Shown here in pieces: positions 20,229 through 30,147 of a DNA stretch of 64,000 bases. The notes beneath the pieces are model-generated. The model was not told the DNA's origin and made no database searches. It was given only the letters and a program-made list of their open reading frames with translations. The stretch is taken from positions 39,864 to 103,863 of the forward strand of contig CAJTUY010000001.1 in NCBI GenBank assembly GCA_910579415.1. Reading direction: 5' to 3'. This DNA comes from an uncultured Clostridia bacterium. GTDB lineage: Bacteria > Bacillota > Clostridia > UBA1381. Position numbers and translations under genes: made by a program. Numbering within the stretch: position 1 is the first letter of the stretch; each line of letters begins with the position of its first letter.

Positions 20229-21026
20229 ATGAAAAAATCAATTAGTGTTATATCTGTTATTTTATCTTTGACGATGCTTTTAACATCGTGTAAACAGGCT
20301 GATGAAAAGCCGGCTGCGCCGACCCCTGACCCTGAACTGGTTAAAAGTACAATAAATGCAACAATATCGCTGGAAGACGGTGATGAAATAGTACTTGAAC
20401 TTTATCCCGACCTTGCTCCGGAAACAGTTGAAAACTTTGTTGAGCTTGCTGAGGACGGATTCTATGACGGAACAATTTTCCACAGGGTTATAGAAGATTT
20501 TATGATACAGGGCGGCGGTTATGATGAGAATTTAAAAGAACAGAAAACCTCGTCAATTAAGGGTGAATTTGCCGATAACGGTTTTGAGAATACGCTCTCG
20601 CATACAAGAGGTGTTATAAGTATGGCACGTACATCACAGAATATGGACAGCGCATCAAGCCAGTTCTTTATAGTACAGCAGGATTCACCGCATCTTGACG
20701 GTAAATATGCTGCTTTTGGCCGCGTTACTGAAGGTATGGAGATTGTAGATGATATTGCCTCCGTAAAGACAGGTACAGTAGCCTCATCAGGCATGGAGGA
20801 TGTGCCTGTATCGCCGATTGTTATTGAAACAATAACGATAGGTTCAGATACGGCAGGCTCAAAAAAGAGCAGTAAGTCATCAAAGCCGACAATGAAGCCT
20901 TTGGAAGATGATAATGAGGATAGGGACGAAAGCAGTCCGAAACCGACATCTAAAGCGTCATCAAAGCCGGAGGATGATGAGAATGACGATATTGATGAGG
21001 ATGAAATCAAGTCAATGCTCTTTTAA
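20229..21026 (+). CDS. Cyclophilin-type peptidyl-prolyl isomerase, lipoprotein with Ser/Lys and acidic tail
   Basis: Lipobox LTSC; FHRVIEDFMIQGG, SMAR, SQFFI, HLDGKYAAFG. Confidence 0.9.
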   Translation: MKKSISVISVILSLTMLLTSCKQADEKPAAPTPDPELVKSTINATISLEDGDEIVLELYPDLAPETVENFVELAEDGFYDGTIFHRVIEDFMIQGGGYDENLKEQKTSSIKGEFADNGFENTLSHTRGVISMARTSQNMDSASSQFFIVQQDSPHLDGKYAAFGRVTEGMEIVDDIASVKTGTVASSGMEDVPVSPIVIETITIGSDTAGSKKSSKSSKPTMKPLEDDNEDRDESSPKPTSKASSKPEDDENDDIDEDEIKSMLF

Positions 21027-21063
21027 TAACGGGATTTGATTTTGTGAAAGGGGCTTGGATAAT

Positions 21064-21537
21064 ATGAATATAGAAATTGAAATGGAAAACGGCGGCGTCA
21101 TAAAAGCGGAACTGTATCCAGATATTGCGCCGATTACAGTTGAAAATTTTGCGAAACTTATTGATGACAAATTCTTTGACGGACTTATATTTCACCGCGT
21201 AATTCCCGGTTTTATGATACAGGGCGGCGGTTATGATGAGGAAGGCAATCAGAAGGAAACAGAGAGTATAAAGGGTGAGTTTGATAAAAATGGAGTTCCC
21301 AATCCGTTGAAGCATACGCGCGGAGTAATGAGTATGGCGCGTACAATGTTTCCTAACAGCGCGTCAAGCCAGTTCTTTATTATGCATGATGACGCACCGC
21401 ATCTTGACGGTCAGTATGCGGCATTCGGCAAGGTTACAGAAGGTATGGAAGTAGTTGATGAAATCGCCGAAACGCAGACAGATATGCAAGATAAACCTAT
21501 TGATAATCAGGTTATAAAAACAATTCGTTTTGTATAA
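21064..21537 (+). CDS. Cyclophilin-type peptidyl-prolyl isomerase (cytoplasmic)
   Basis: FHRVIPGFMIQGG, SQFFI, HLDGQYAAFG. Confidence 0.92.
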   Translation: MNIEIEMENGGVIKAELYPDIAPITVENFAKLIDDKFFDGLIFHRVIPGFMIQGGGYDEEGNQKETESIKGEFDKNGVPNPLKHTRGVMSMARTMFPNSASSQFFIMHDDAPHLDGQYAAFGKVTEGMEVVDEIAETQTDMQDKPIDNQVIKTIRFV

Positions 21538-21543
21538 AAAATT

Positions 21544-21571
21544 AAACCACCTGCTTTGCAGGTGGTTTTTT
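21544..21571. terminator. Terminator between convergent genes
   Basis: AAACCACCTGC-TTT-GCAGGTGGTTTTTT. Confidence 0.85.
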
Positions 21572-21582
21572 AGCATTGTAAA

Positions 21583-22956
21583 TTATTCTGTTATGTAAAT
21601 TCTTGTTCTGAATGGAATAGTATTTGCAATCCAGTTTATATCCTGAGGGTGCAGACGCACACAGCCGTGTGAAATGTTCACTCCTACACGACCGTCATAT
21701 TCTCCGCCGCCGTAATAGAGCAGGGTGGAGTGAAGCGCGTAGCCGTTATGGAAACGGAGTACAGGTCCTACATAATAACCGTCATAATTCCATTGTGTGC
21801 GTTCTATGTACTCAAATTGTCCTGTGATAGTCGGTGTATTCCATGCGCCGAGCGCACACGGGAATTCTTTGAGTAAATTCCAGCGGTACTGCGCACCTTC
21901 GTAGACGCGTACCTTATATTCGTGCTTGGAAACCCATACAAGATAGTTTGTGCGGCTTCCTATACCGTCGCGGTTAACAGGTGTGCGGTTTCTGAATTCC
22001 TGTATAATAGGCGATTCGCCTATTAAAATATCCATGTATGAACCGTAGTCCGCAACCTCTACAAGTGACTCGAAGGCTTCGGCCAGCGTTCTCATTGGTA
22101 CGAACAGAGCGCCTTCCATATATACTGTTTCATGAGGCGCGTTTACTCCTACACCAAGAATTGTTGCGTAGATATTATTTGCGTAAAAGACAACTTCGCT
22201 TTCTCCGATTGAGCAGGAAACACTGTCATTTTCCTGATTATAATTTACGTTAAGACCCATAGCTTCGCCTATTGCGCGTACAGGAATCATAGCTATGCCG
22301 TCTTTAATTCTTGCGTGAGGGGTAAGGTCTGTGAGCCATTTTCCGCCTGCATATACGCGTATGTCTTTGTCGTAATGAGGGTTTCCTGCAAGAACAGCGC
22401 CATTGCATTGGGTATATTTACCTTCATCGTTTATATATCCGTATGTAGTCACTTCAAGCTCATCGCCTGCCTCTACATAAACTCCTGTTTCCTTGTTTTT
22501 AAGTGAACGAAGCCCCGACACAAGCTTTACTTTGAATTTTTCGCCCATGCGATATTCGGGAACATCGAAAGTCATAGTAACATATGGTGTGTCCCAACCC
22601 ACGTATCTGTGACCTTTTGCCAGAAGCTCACCTTTGTCGCTGTACAATTCCACTTCGGCATTGTTAGGTATTATATGCTTTTGCGGCGTCACGTCAATTG
22701 TCAAAACGAATTGCTCTGATAATTCCTCAGGAGAGGGTGATGCTGTCGGTGAAGCAGAAGGAGAAACAGACGGTGAAACTCCGGGTGAAATACTCGGCGA
22801 AATTTCGGGTGAAGCTTCGGGCGATACCGAAGGCAACGCTGTCGCTTCAGCAGACGGTGCCGATGTAATGTCGGGTGACGGTGATGGAGCTGCAAAGGCA
22901 CAGACTCCGTTTGCCAATAAAAAAGCCGTAATCAGAACGGCGGAAAATTTTTTCAT
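21583..22956 (-). CDS. L,D-transpeptidase (YkuD family) with copper-amine-oxidase-N-like stalk domain and Ser/Pro linker
   Basis: YALHS...SHGCVRL; MIPVRAIGEAMG and FVPMRTLAEAF repeats; signal peptide. Confidence 0.88.
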   Translation of the reverse strand: MKKFSAVLITAFLLANGVCAFAAPSPSPDITSAPSAEATALPSVSPEASPEISPSISPGVSPSVSPSASPTASPSPEELSEQFVLTIDVTPQKHIIPNNAEVELYSDKGELLAKGHRYVGWDTPYVTMTFDVPEYRMGEKFKVKLVSGLRSLKNKETGVYVEAGDELEVTTYGYINDEGKYTQCNGAVLAGNPHYDKDIRVYAGGKWLTDLTPHARIKDGIAMIPVRAIGEAMGLNVNYNQENDSVSCSIGESEVVFYANNIYATILGVGVNAPHETVYMEGALFVPMRTLAEAFESLVEVADYGSYMDILIGESPIIQEFRNRTPVNRDGIGSRTNYLVWVSKHEYKVRVYEGAQYRWNLLKEFPCALGAWNTPTITGQFEYIERTQWNYDGYYVGPVLRFHNGYALHSTLLYYGGGEYDGRVGVNISHGCVRLHPQDINWIANTIPFRTRIYITE

Positions 22957-23129
22957 TACAAGTCCTCCTTAGAAGTAGTTACTATAATAATCATACCATA
23001 TAAGGATATCAAAGTCAATAAATCTGATTGACTATACTGTTTTTTTGAGGTATAATTTTATGGAAAGTCTGAATAAAATTGCATAATGTTCTGTTTTCAG
23101 GCATGAACTGACAAAGAGGGAGAAAAGGT

Positions 23130-23861
23130 ATGGAATTTGGAGTCATTGCGTTTTTGTCTACGCTTATAGGGGCTATTGTCGGTGTGGGAGGGGGGCTTAT
23201 AATACGTCCCATGCTTGGATTTTTTGATGTTGCGAAAGGACTTGCCTCATTTTCGTCGGCGGCATGCGTTTTTTGTATGGGTATAGTAAGTCTTGCAACA
23301 ACTGTTCATAAGGGGGCAAAGATACAGCTTCGTGAAACCGTAGTGCTTGCAGCGGGCAGTATATGCGGCGCATTCATAGGCGGAGCGTGTATAAAGCTTG
23401 TAAGCGGAGAATTTATAAAAATAGGTTATATATTTGCGATGGTATTTGTTCTTGTATGTATGGCGGCAAGAAAACACATGCCGAGAATAAAATTAAAAAA
23501 TCCTCTGCTTCAATTCTTTACGGGAATTGCAACGGGAGGATTGTCAGGCTTTTTCGGTATAGGCGGAGGACCGTTTCAGATGACGGCATTGCTTGTTCTG
23601 TTTGATTTGGAGCCTAAAGAGGCGGCGGTGCAGAGCATATTTATAACTGTACTTACAACAATAAGCTCGCTTATTCAGTATGCAGTAAGCGGCTACTGGG
23701 ATTTTTCACTTGCGCTGTATATGATACCTATGGCGGTACTCGGCGGTTTTACAGGCGGACTTTTAAACAGAAAGTTTAATAATAAATGTGTGTCCGTACT
23801 GTTTAATGTCACTGTAATTTTTATAATACTTATGCAGTTGTATTCGGTATTCCTGAGTTAA
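23130..23861 (+). CDS. TauE/SafE (TSUP) family exporter
   Basis: Duplicated GAIVGVGGG / SGFFGIGGG motifs; multiple TM helices. Confidence 0.88.
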   Translation: MEFGVIAFLSTLIGAIVGVGGGLIIRPMLGFFDVAKGLASFSSAACVFCMGIVSLATTVHKGAKIQLRETVVLAAGSICGAFIGGACIKLVSGEFIKIGYIFAMVFVLVCMAARKHMPRIKLKNPLLQFFTGIATGGLSGFFGIGGGPFQMTALLVLFDLEPKEAAVQSIFITVLTTISSLIQYAVSGYWDFSLALYMIPMAVLGGFTGGLLNRKFNNKCVSVLFNVTVIFIILMQLYSVFLS

Positions 23862-24644
23862 TCAGTTTTCACGCAGGAACAATCGTTCAATATCTGTACA
23901 TTTACCGTTATTTTCGTCAATATCGAAAATACAGCCGCAGAACTGACCTTTGTTATTTGATATTTCGAATTTTTGCGGCATACCGTCAATAAAGCGCTGA
24001 ATAATACCTGCCGGTTCGCGTCCGAGTACGGAAAGCTGAGGACCTGTCATACCCAAATCGGAAATATAGCCTGTGCCTTTCGGGAGTATCAGCTCGTCAG
24101 CTGTCTGCACATGCGTATGAGTTCCGAAAATGACAGATACCTTGCCGTCAAGATAAAATGACATTGCAAGTTTTTCGCTTGTCGCTTCCGCATGAAAATC
24201 AACTATGATGATATCGGTCTGCTGTTTCAATTTTTCTGTTTCGCGGTCAATTGCTTCAAACGGTGAATTGTTGGGAGTAAGGAAGGTTGTGCCGATTATA
24301 TTTATTACACCGATTTTTATGCCGTTCTTTGCGGTAAATATAAGGCTTCCTTTTCCCGGACAGGAGGAAGCGTAATTTGCCGGACGTATTACATTGCCTT
24401 CCTTGCGCATAATAGCGGATATTTCGCGGCAGTCCCATGTGTGGTTGCCCATTGTGACAATATCAATTCCGGCTCTCATAAGCTCGTTATAGGCATTTCG
24501 CGCCATGCCTCTGCCATGAGTGGCATTTTCGCCATTTGCAATTACAACATCTATATTTTTTTTGTATTTCAGTTCATCTACATATCTGAACAGCATTTCT
24601 CGTCCTACGCGGCTTACTACGTCGCCGATGCATAATATTTTCAT
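23862..24644 (-). CDS. ymdB: YmdB family metallophosphoesterase
   Basis: IGDVV, NGEN, TMGNH, DFHAEATSEK, GTHTHVQTAD; downstream of rny. Confidence 0.92.
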   Translation of the reverse strand: MKILCIGDVVSRVGREMLFRYVDELKYKKNIDVVIANGENATHGRGMARNAYNELMRAGIDIVTMGNHTWDCREISAIMRKEGNVIRPANYASSCPGKGSLIFTAKNGIKIGVINIIGTTFLTPNNSPFEAIDRETEKLKQQTDIIIVDFHAEATSEKLAMSFYLDGKVSVIFGTHTHVQTADELILPKGTGYISDLGMTGPQLSVLGREPAGIIQRFIDGMPQKFEISNNKGQFCGCIFDIDENNGKCTDIERLFLREN

Positions 24645-24680
24645 AGAAATATCCTTTCTGGCTTTATTCATAAATAAAAC

Positions 24681-24790
24681 AAAAAAGGGGCATTACAGAA
24701 CGGGTAGAAGCTAAACGGCAAACGGCTTGTACAGTGCCTTTATCGCAAAGTATCAAAGACCGAACCCGTTTACGCTCTGTAACAGCCCCC
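24681..24790 (-). ncRNA. Putative structured RNA element between rny and ymdB
   Basis: GGGGC-T-GTTACAGA...ACGGGT pairs with ACCCGT-TCTGTAAT-GCCCC, followed by T6; no family recognised. Confidence 0.45.
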
Positions 24791-24809
24791 AATTTTCATT
24801 TTCGAAAGC

Positions 24810-26375
24810 TTATTTTGCGTAATCAACAGCTCTTGTTTCGCGTATCAGACTGACTTTAATCTGACCGGGATACTCAAGCTCGCTTTCTATGCGTTTAACA
24901 ATGTCTTTTGCAACCATAATCATGCTGTCGTCGGATACTACTTCCGGTTTTATCATAATTCTGATTTCACGTCCTGCCTGAATAGCAAAGGACTTATCAA
25001 CACCGTTGAAATCATTGGCGATTTCTTCAAGTTTTTGTAAACGCTTGATGTAAGTTTCGAGATTTTCGCGTCTGGCTCCCGGACGCGCTGCGGAAATTGC
25101 GTCTGCTGCCTGTACAAGTGAAGCTACAAGCGTCTGTGCTTCAACATCTCCATGATGTGCCATAATAGCGTGTACAACTTCTTTGTTTTCACGATACTTC
25201 TTAGCAATATCTGCGCCGATAGTAACATGTGAGCCTTCAACTTCATGGTCAACCGCTTTGCCGATGTCGTGCAGAAGTCCTGCGCGTTTTGCCGTAGCAA
25301 CATCAACACCCAGTTCACCGGCCATAACGCCTGCAAGATGAGAAACCTCAATACTGTGCTTTAAAACGTTCTGACCATAACTTGTTCTGAATTTAAGCTT
25401 ACCGAGCAGTTTAATAAGTTCAGGGTGAAGTCCATGCACACCTGTTTCAAAGGTGGCGCTTTCGCCCTCCTGCTTGATAATGGCCTCAACCTCTTTACGA
25501 GATTTTTCTACTGTTTCCTCAATACGTGCCGGATGTATACGTCCGTCAACGATAAGCTTCTCAAGCGCAAGGCGCGCTACTTCGCGTCTTATCGGGTCAA
25601 AGCTTGAAACTATAACTGCCTCAGGAGTATCGTCTATGATTAAGTCAACACCTGTAAGAGTTTCAAGAGTGCGTATATTTCGTCCCTCACGTCCGATTAT
25701 ACGTCCCTTCATTTCATCGCTCGGAAGATTTACAACAGAAACGGTAGTTTCGGCAACGTGGTCAGCGGCAACCTTCTGAATTGACAAAGCAACAATGTTC
25801 TTTGCATTCTTTTCCGCGTTTTCCTTTGCCTCTTGCTCAATTTCTTTAACCATAATGGCTGCTTCGTGTCTTGTCTGATTTTCAATGTCCTTTAAGAGGA
25901 TTGTTTTTGCTTCCTCTGCGGTAAGACCTGAAATCTTCTCAATAAGAGCCATTTGTTCTTTTTTTATTTCTGCTATTTCCTGTTCCTTTGAGTCAAGAGC
26001 CTTCAGTTTTTGATTATATGACTGCTCTTTTTTCTCTAAATTATCTGCCTTTTTGTCCAGGTTTTCTTCTTTCTGGTTGATTCTGCGTTCTTGGCGGCTA
26101 AGCTCGCTCCTGCGTTCTTTGATTTCCGCATCAAGAGCGGCGCGGAGTTTTTGATTTTCCTCTTTTGCCTCTAAAAGCAGTTCGCGTTTTTTCGCATTAG
26201 CGCTTTTTTCCGCATCCTCAACTATGGACTTTGCCTTTTCTTCGGCACTGCCGAATTCAGCTTCAGCAATTTTCTTTCTGTGTGCGACACCTGTTCTGAA
26301 GCCGACGATGACACACACGATACATAAGATGATTGCGGCAATAATAACCGCAATTAAAATTATTGGATTATCCAT
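24810..26375 (-). CDS. rny: Ribonuclease Y
   Basis: N-terminal TM helix, coiled coil, KH domain ([12 protein letters not shown]), HD domain (GLLHDIGK). Confidence 0.97.
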   Translation of the reverse strand: MDNPIILIAVIIAAIILCIVCVIVGFRTGVAHRKKIAEAEFGSAEEKAKSIVEDAEKSANAKKRELLLEAKEENQKLRAALDAEIKERRSELSRQERRINQKEENLDKKADNLEKKEQSYNQKLKALDSKEQEIAEIKKEQMALIEKISGLTAEEAKTILLKDIENQTRHEAAIMVKEIEQEAKENAEKNAKNIVALSIQKVAADHVAETTVSVVNLPSDEMKGRIIGREGRNIRTLETLTGVDLIIDDTPEAVIVSSFDPIRREVARLALEKLIVDGRIHPARIEETVEKSRKEVEAIIKQEGESATFETGVHGLHPELIKLLGKLKFRTSYGQNVLKHSIEVSHLAGVMAGELGVDVATAKRAGLLHDIGKAVDHEVEGSHVTIGADIAKKYRENKEVVHAIMAHHGDVEAQTLVASLVQAADAISAARPGARRENLETYIKRLQKLEEIANDFNGVDKSFAIQAGREIRIMIKPEVVSDDSMIMVAKDIVKRIESELEYPGQIKVSLIRETRAVDYAK

Positions 26376-26400
26376 CAGTAACACCCCCATAAATAAATTC

Positions 26401-26561
26401 TCCAAAACTTTAAATGGGGGACTTTCTTAAAATGACTGCTCTCTATAAATACATCAGGCTTTTAGCCTTACCCCTTGTGTACATAATCTTACAATGTACC
26501 GCTGCGGTATGTAATCATACGGAGCAGAATATTTTAAGACGGCTCCATTTTAAGTATTGGG
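26401..26561. ncRNA. Putative structured RNA (long stem plus four-way junction) in the rny leader
   Basis: Four nested complementary arm pairs enclosing three small hairpins; strand uncertain. Confidence 0.5.
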
Positions 26562-26622
26562 ATTACATATAAAATATCTTATTTACAGAAAACTTTACTT
26601 TTAAAGAATATCAAGCACTTTT

Positions 26623-26651
26623 ATTTTATACTATTTTTATAGTTCTGTCAA
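26623..26651 (-). promoter_or_regulatory. Promoter of rny
   Basis: TTGACA-17-TAAAAT on the minus strand, about 240 nt upstream of the start codon. Confidence 0.7.
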
Positions 26652-26888
26652 GGTATTATTGTTAATGTTACAGTATATATATATTTATGAAATATTTTTT
26701 TAATGAAAAAGAGAGAATAAAACTCTCTTATTTTGTAAAAATATAAATGTTTTTGTTATTTTGCACAAAAAAATGATGAAAATTTAGCTACATATGGTCT
26801 TTACTGACAAAATAAAGTGTGGTATAATTAGGATTATAATAGAAATGCAGGCAAATTTATGCCTGTGTCAGAAATGGGAGGGGACGGT

Positions 26889-28874
26889 ATGACAGAAGAA
26901 AAAACTTGGGCGGATATAAGCCGCTTTCAGACATATTTGTTTAATTCGGGTGATAATTTTAAGTCATATGAGATGCTCGGCGCGCATAAAATAAAACTTG
27001 GAAATAAGACAGGCTGGAGATTTGCAGTATGGGCGCCTAATGCCGTAAGCGTAAGAGTGGTAGGCGATTTTAACGCATGGAACGGATATGACAAGGTGCT
27101 TGAAAGGATAGAAACAAGCGGTGTATGGTATGGCTTCTTTACTGATTTAAAGGAGGGTATGCTATACAAGTATGCAATTGAAGCACGTGACGGTGAAACC
27201 TATTATAAGGCTGACCCGTTTGCATTCAAAAGCGAACTTCGTCCTGGTACGGCATCTGTACTTAAGGATATTTCGGGATATAAGTGGAGTGACAAGTCGT
27301 GGCTCAATTCAAGAGTAAAAGAGAGTACCATGCAAAAACCGATAAATATCTATGAAATGAACATAGGCTCGTGGAGAATACATGAGGACGGAAGCTTCTA
27401 TACTTATCGTGAGCTTGCGGACGAGCTGGTACCGTATATTAAGGATATGGGGTACACACATATTGAAATGATGCCTGTTACGGAGTATCCGTATGACGGC
27501 TCGTGGGGGTATCAGGTTACGGGATTTTTCTCGGCAACAACGCGTTATGGTGAAAGCGAGGATTTAAAATATCTTGTTGACCAGTGTCATAAAAATGGTA
27601 TAGGGGTTATAATGGATTGGGTTCCGGCTCATTTCCCCCGTGATGCGCACGGACTTCGTATGTTTGACGGCACGCCGGTATACGAGTATGCAGACCCGCG
27701 TATGGGTGAACATAAGGACTGGGGGACAATGGTTTTTGACTATTCAAAGAGTGAGGTCATTTCATTCCTCACATCCTCAGCATATTTCTGGGCTGACGAA
27801 TATCATATTGACGGAATACGCGTTGATGCGGTATCATCTATGCTTTACCGTGATTATTCGCGTAATGACGGGGAGTGGATACCCAATCAGTACGGCGGAA
27901 ACGGCAATCTTGAGGCTGTCGACTTTTTGAAGAAGCTCAATAAAATACTTGGAACGGAATTTCCCAACTTTATGATGATAGCGGAGGAGAGTACGGCATG
28001 GCCGCTTGTAACTGCTCCGCCTGAAAATGACGGTTTGGGCTTTAATTACAAGTGGAATATGGGCTGGATGAATGATACGCTCCGATATATGTCAATGGAC
28101 CCGTATTTCAGGAAGGACAATCATGGCTTGCTTACTTTCGTTATGATGTATGCGTACAGTGAGAATTTCATTCTGCCTCTGTCGCATGATGAAGTAGTAC
28201 ATGGAAAGCACTCGCTTATTGATAAAATGTACGGCGATTATGAAGATAAATTCAATGCGTATAAGACGCTTTTGGGTTACTATATGACAATGCCGGGCAA
28301 GAAGCTTTTGTTTATGGGCGGTGAATTCGGACAATTCCTTGAATGGCGGTATGATGACCAGCTTGAATGGAATTTGCTTGATATTGATAAGCATAAAAAA
28401 CTGCATAAATATGTGAAGGAGCTTAATCATTTTTATCTTGAAAATAAGGCTCTGTGGGAATATGAAGGAAGCTGGGACGGTTTCAGGTGGGTAAATGAAG
28501 CCGACAGTGAAAATTCGGTTCTTTCGTATATAAGACGCGGTAAGCATACAGCGGATAACGTGGTTGTGGTTGCAAACTTTACACCTGTTGACCGACCGAT
28601 TTATAAAATTGGCGTTCCCGTAGCAGGTGATTATGAGGTTGTGTTCCATTCCAATGCTGAAAAATACGGCGGTACAAAGCGTATTACAAAGAAAACATAT
28701 AAGGCAAAGCCTATGCAGTATTCCGATATGATGTATACAATGGAGATTTCTGTGGACGGAAACTCAGTAATGTTTATAAAGCGCAAGGCGGCGAAGAAAA
28801 AGGCAGATAAGAAAGCGCCTGCAAAAAAGACATCTGCAAAGAAAACTGTGGAGAAAAAGACAAGTAAGAAATAA
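26889..28874 (+). CDS. glgB: 1,4-alpha-glucan branching enzyme with Lys-rich C-terminal tail
   Basis: FAVWAPNA, SWGYQ, DWVPAHFP, DGIRVDAV, AEEST, LSHDEVVHGK. Confidence 0.96.
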   Translation: MTEEKTWADISRFQTYLFNSGDNFKSYEMLGAHKIKLGNKTGWRFAVWAPNAVSVRVVGDFNAWNGYDKVLERIETSGVWYGFFTDLKEGMLYKYAIEARDGETYYKADPFAFKSELRPGTASVLKDISGYKWSDKSWLNSRVKESTMQKPINIYEMNIGSWRIHEDGSFYTYRELADELVPYIKDMGYTHIEMMPVTEYPYDGSWGYQVTGFFSATTRYGESEDLKYLVDQCHKNGIGVIMDWVPAHFPRDAHGLRMFDGTPVYEYADPRMGEHKDWGTMVFDYSKSEVISFLTSSAYFWADEYHIDGIRVDAVSSMLYRDYSRNDGEWIPNQYGGNGNLEAVDFLKKLNKILGTEFPNFMMIAEESTAWPLVTAPPENDGLGFNYKWNMGWMNDTLRYMSMDPYFRKDNHGLLTFVMMYAYSENFILPLSHDEVVHGKHSLIDKMYGDYEDKFNAYKTLLGYYMTMPGKKLLFMGGEFGQFLEWRYDDQLEWNLLDIDKHKKLHKYVKELNHFYLENKALWEYEGSWDGFRWVNEADSENSVLSYIRRGKHTADNVVVVANFTPVDRPIYKIGVPVAGDYEVVFHSNAEKYGGTKRITKKTYKAKPMQYSDMMYTMEISVDGNSVMFIKRKAAKKKADKKAPAKKTSAKKTVEKKTSKK

Positions 28875-28924
28875 CCGATGGTATCGGTATAAAATATAAG
28901 TAAATAATACAGGGAGATGATTTT

Positions 28925-30130
28925 ATGGTATCAAAGGATTGCGTTGCAATGATACTTGCGGGCGGACAGGGTTCAAGACTCGGCGCGCTTACAAAAAATG
29001 TTGCAAAGCCGGCAGTTCCGTTTGGCGGCAAATACAGAATAATAGATTTTCCGCTGTCGAACTGCGTTCATTCCGGTATAGATACTGTGGGAGTTCTTAC
29101 ACAGTATCAGCCGTTAGAGCTTAACAGATATATAGGTAACGGTAACCCGTGGGACCTTGACAGAAGTCACGGCGGTGCGTATGTGCTGCCTCCGTATCAG
29201 AGCGCTAAAACAGGCGAGTGGTACAAGGGTACGGCAAATGCTATTTATCAGAATTTAAGTTTCCTTGAGGGATTTAAGCCTTCGCATGTTCTGATTTTGT
29301 CAGGTGACCACATTTATAAAATGCACTATGGCGAAATGCTGAAGGCTCACAAGGAATCGGGCGCGGCTGCAACTATTGCGGTTATGCCTGTGCCTTGGGA
29401 GGAGGCAAGCCGTTTCGGAATTATGAATGTTGATGATAATGGTATTATAACGGAATTTGAAGAAAAACCGTCAGAGCCTAAGAGTAATCTTGCATCAATG
29501 GGTATTTATATTTTCCGTTATGATGTACTTAAAAAATATCTTGAGGACGATGAGCGTGACCCTAATTCAGCTAATGATTTCGGCAAAAATATTATTCCTA
29601 CAATGCTTAATAACGGTGAAAAGATGGTTTCATTCAGATTTGAGGGTTATTGGAAGGATGTCGGAACAATTCAGAGTCTTTGGGAAGCAAATATGGACCT
29701 TGTTGATGAACCTCCTAAGTTTATGCTCAATGACAGACGTTGGAGCATTTATTCAAGAAATATGGCGCTTGCGCCTCACTATGTCGGCATAAATGCTAAA
29801 ATAACAAACTCGACTGTAACAGAGGGCTGTTTTATTGACGGTGAAATTGACCATTCTGTAATATTCGGCGGCGTAGAGCTTGGTGAAGGAAGTATGGTTA
29901 AAGATTCTGTAATCATGCCCGGCGCTAAAATCGGAAAGAATGTGACGATTGAAAAGTCTGTTATCGGTACCGATGCAATTATAGGAGATGGAGCGAAGAT
30001 AGGCGTTAATGCTTCGGATGACAATAAATATGCGTCAAAGCTGTGTACACAAGACCTTGTACTTGTCGAAGGCGGCGCAGAGGTTAAGCCCGGCGAGGAT
30101 ATTTATAAGGGCAGCATGGTAGAAGCGTAG
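28925..30130 (+). CDS. glgC: Glucose-1-phosphate adenylyltransferase
   Basis: [35 protein letters not shown]. Confidence 0.96.
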   Translation: MVSKDCVAMILAGGQGSRLGALTKNVAKPAVPFGGKYRIIDFPLSNCVHSGIDTVGVLTQYQPLELNRYIGNGNPWDLDRSHGGAYVLPPYQSAKTGEWYKGTANAIYQNLSFLEGFKPSHVLILSGDHIYKMHYGEMLKAHKESGAAATIAVMPVPWEEASRFGIMNVDDNGIITEFEEKPSEPKSNLASMGIYIFRYDVLKKYLEDDERDPNSANDFGKNIIPTMLNNGEKMVSFRFEGYWKDVGTIQSLWEANMDLVDEPPKFMLNDRRWSIYSRNMALAPHYVGINAKITNSTVTEGCFIDGEIDHSVIFGGVELGEGSMVKDSVIMPGAKIGKNVTIEKSVIGTDAIIGDGAKIGVNASDDNKYASKLCTQDLVLVEGGAEVKPGEDIYKGSMVEA

Positions 30131-30147
30131 GAAAGGAGAGGAAGCCA

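Noticed and set aside
20519..21010. Long antisense ORFs (also 6839-7444, 28092-28649, 41688-42383, 57742-58287)
   Set aside because: Shadows of well-supported genes on the other strand, with no recognisable motifs.
22730..22885. Short repeats in the L,D-transpeptidase gene as an array or contingency locus
   Set aside because: They encode an imperfect SPxx linker and are not exact DNA repeats.
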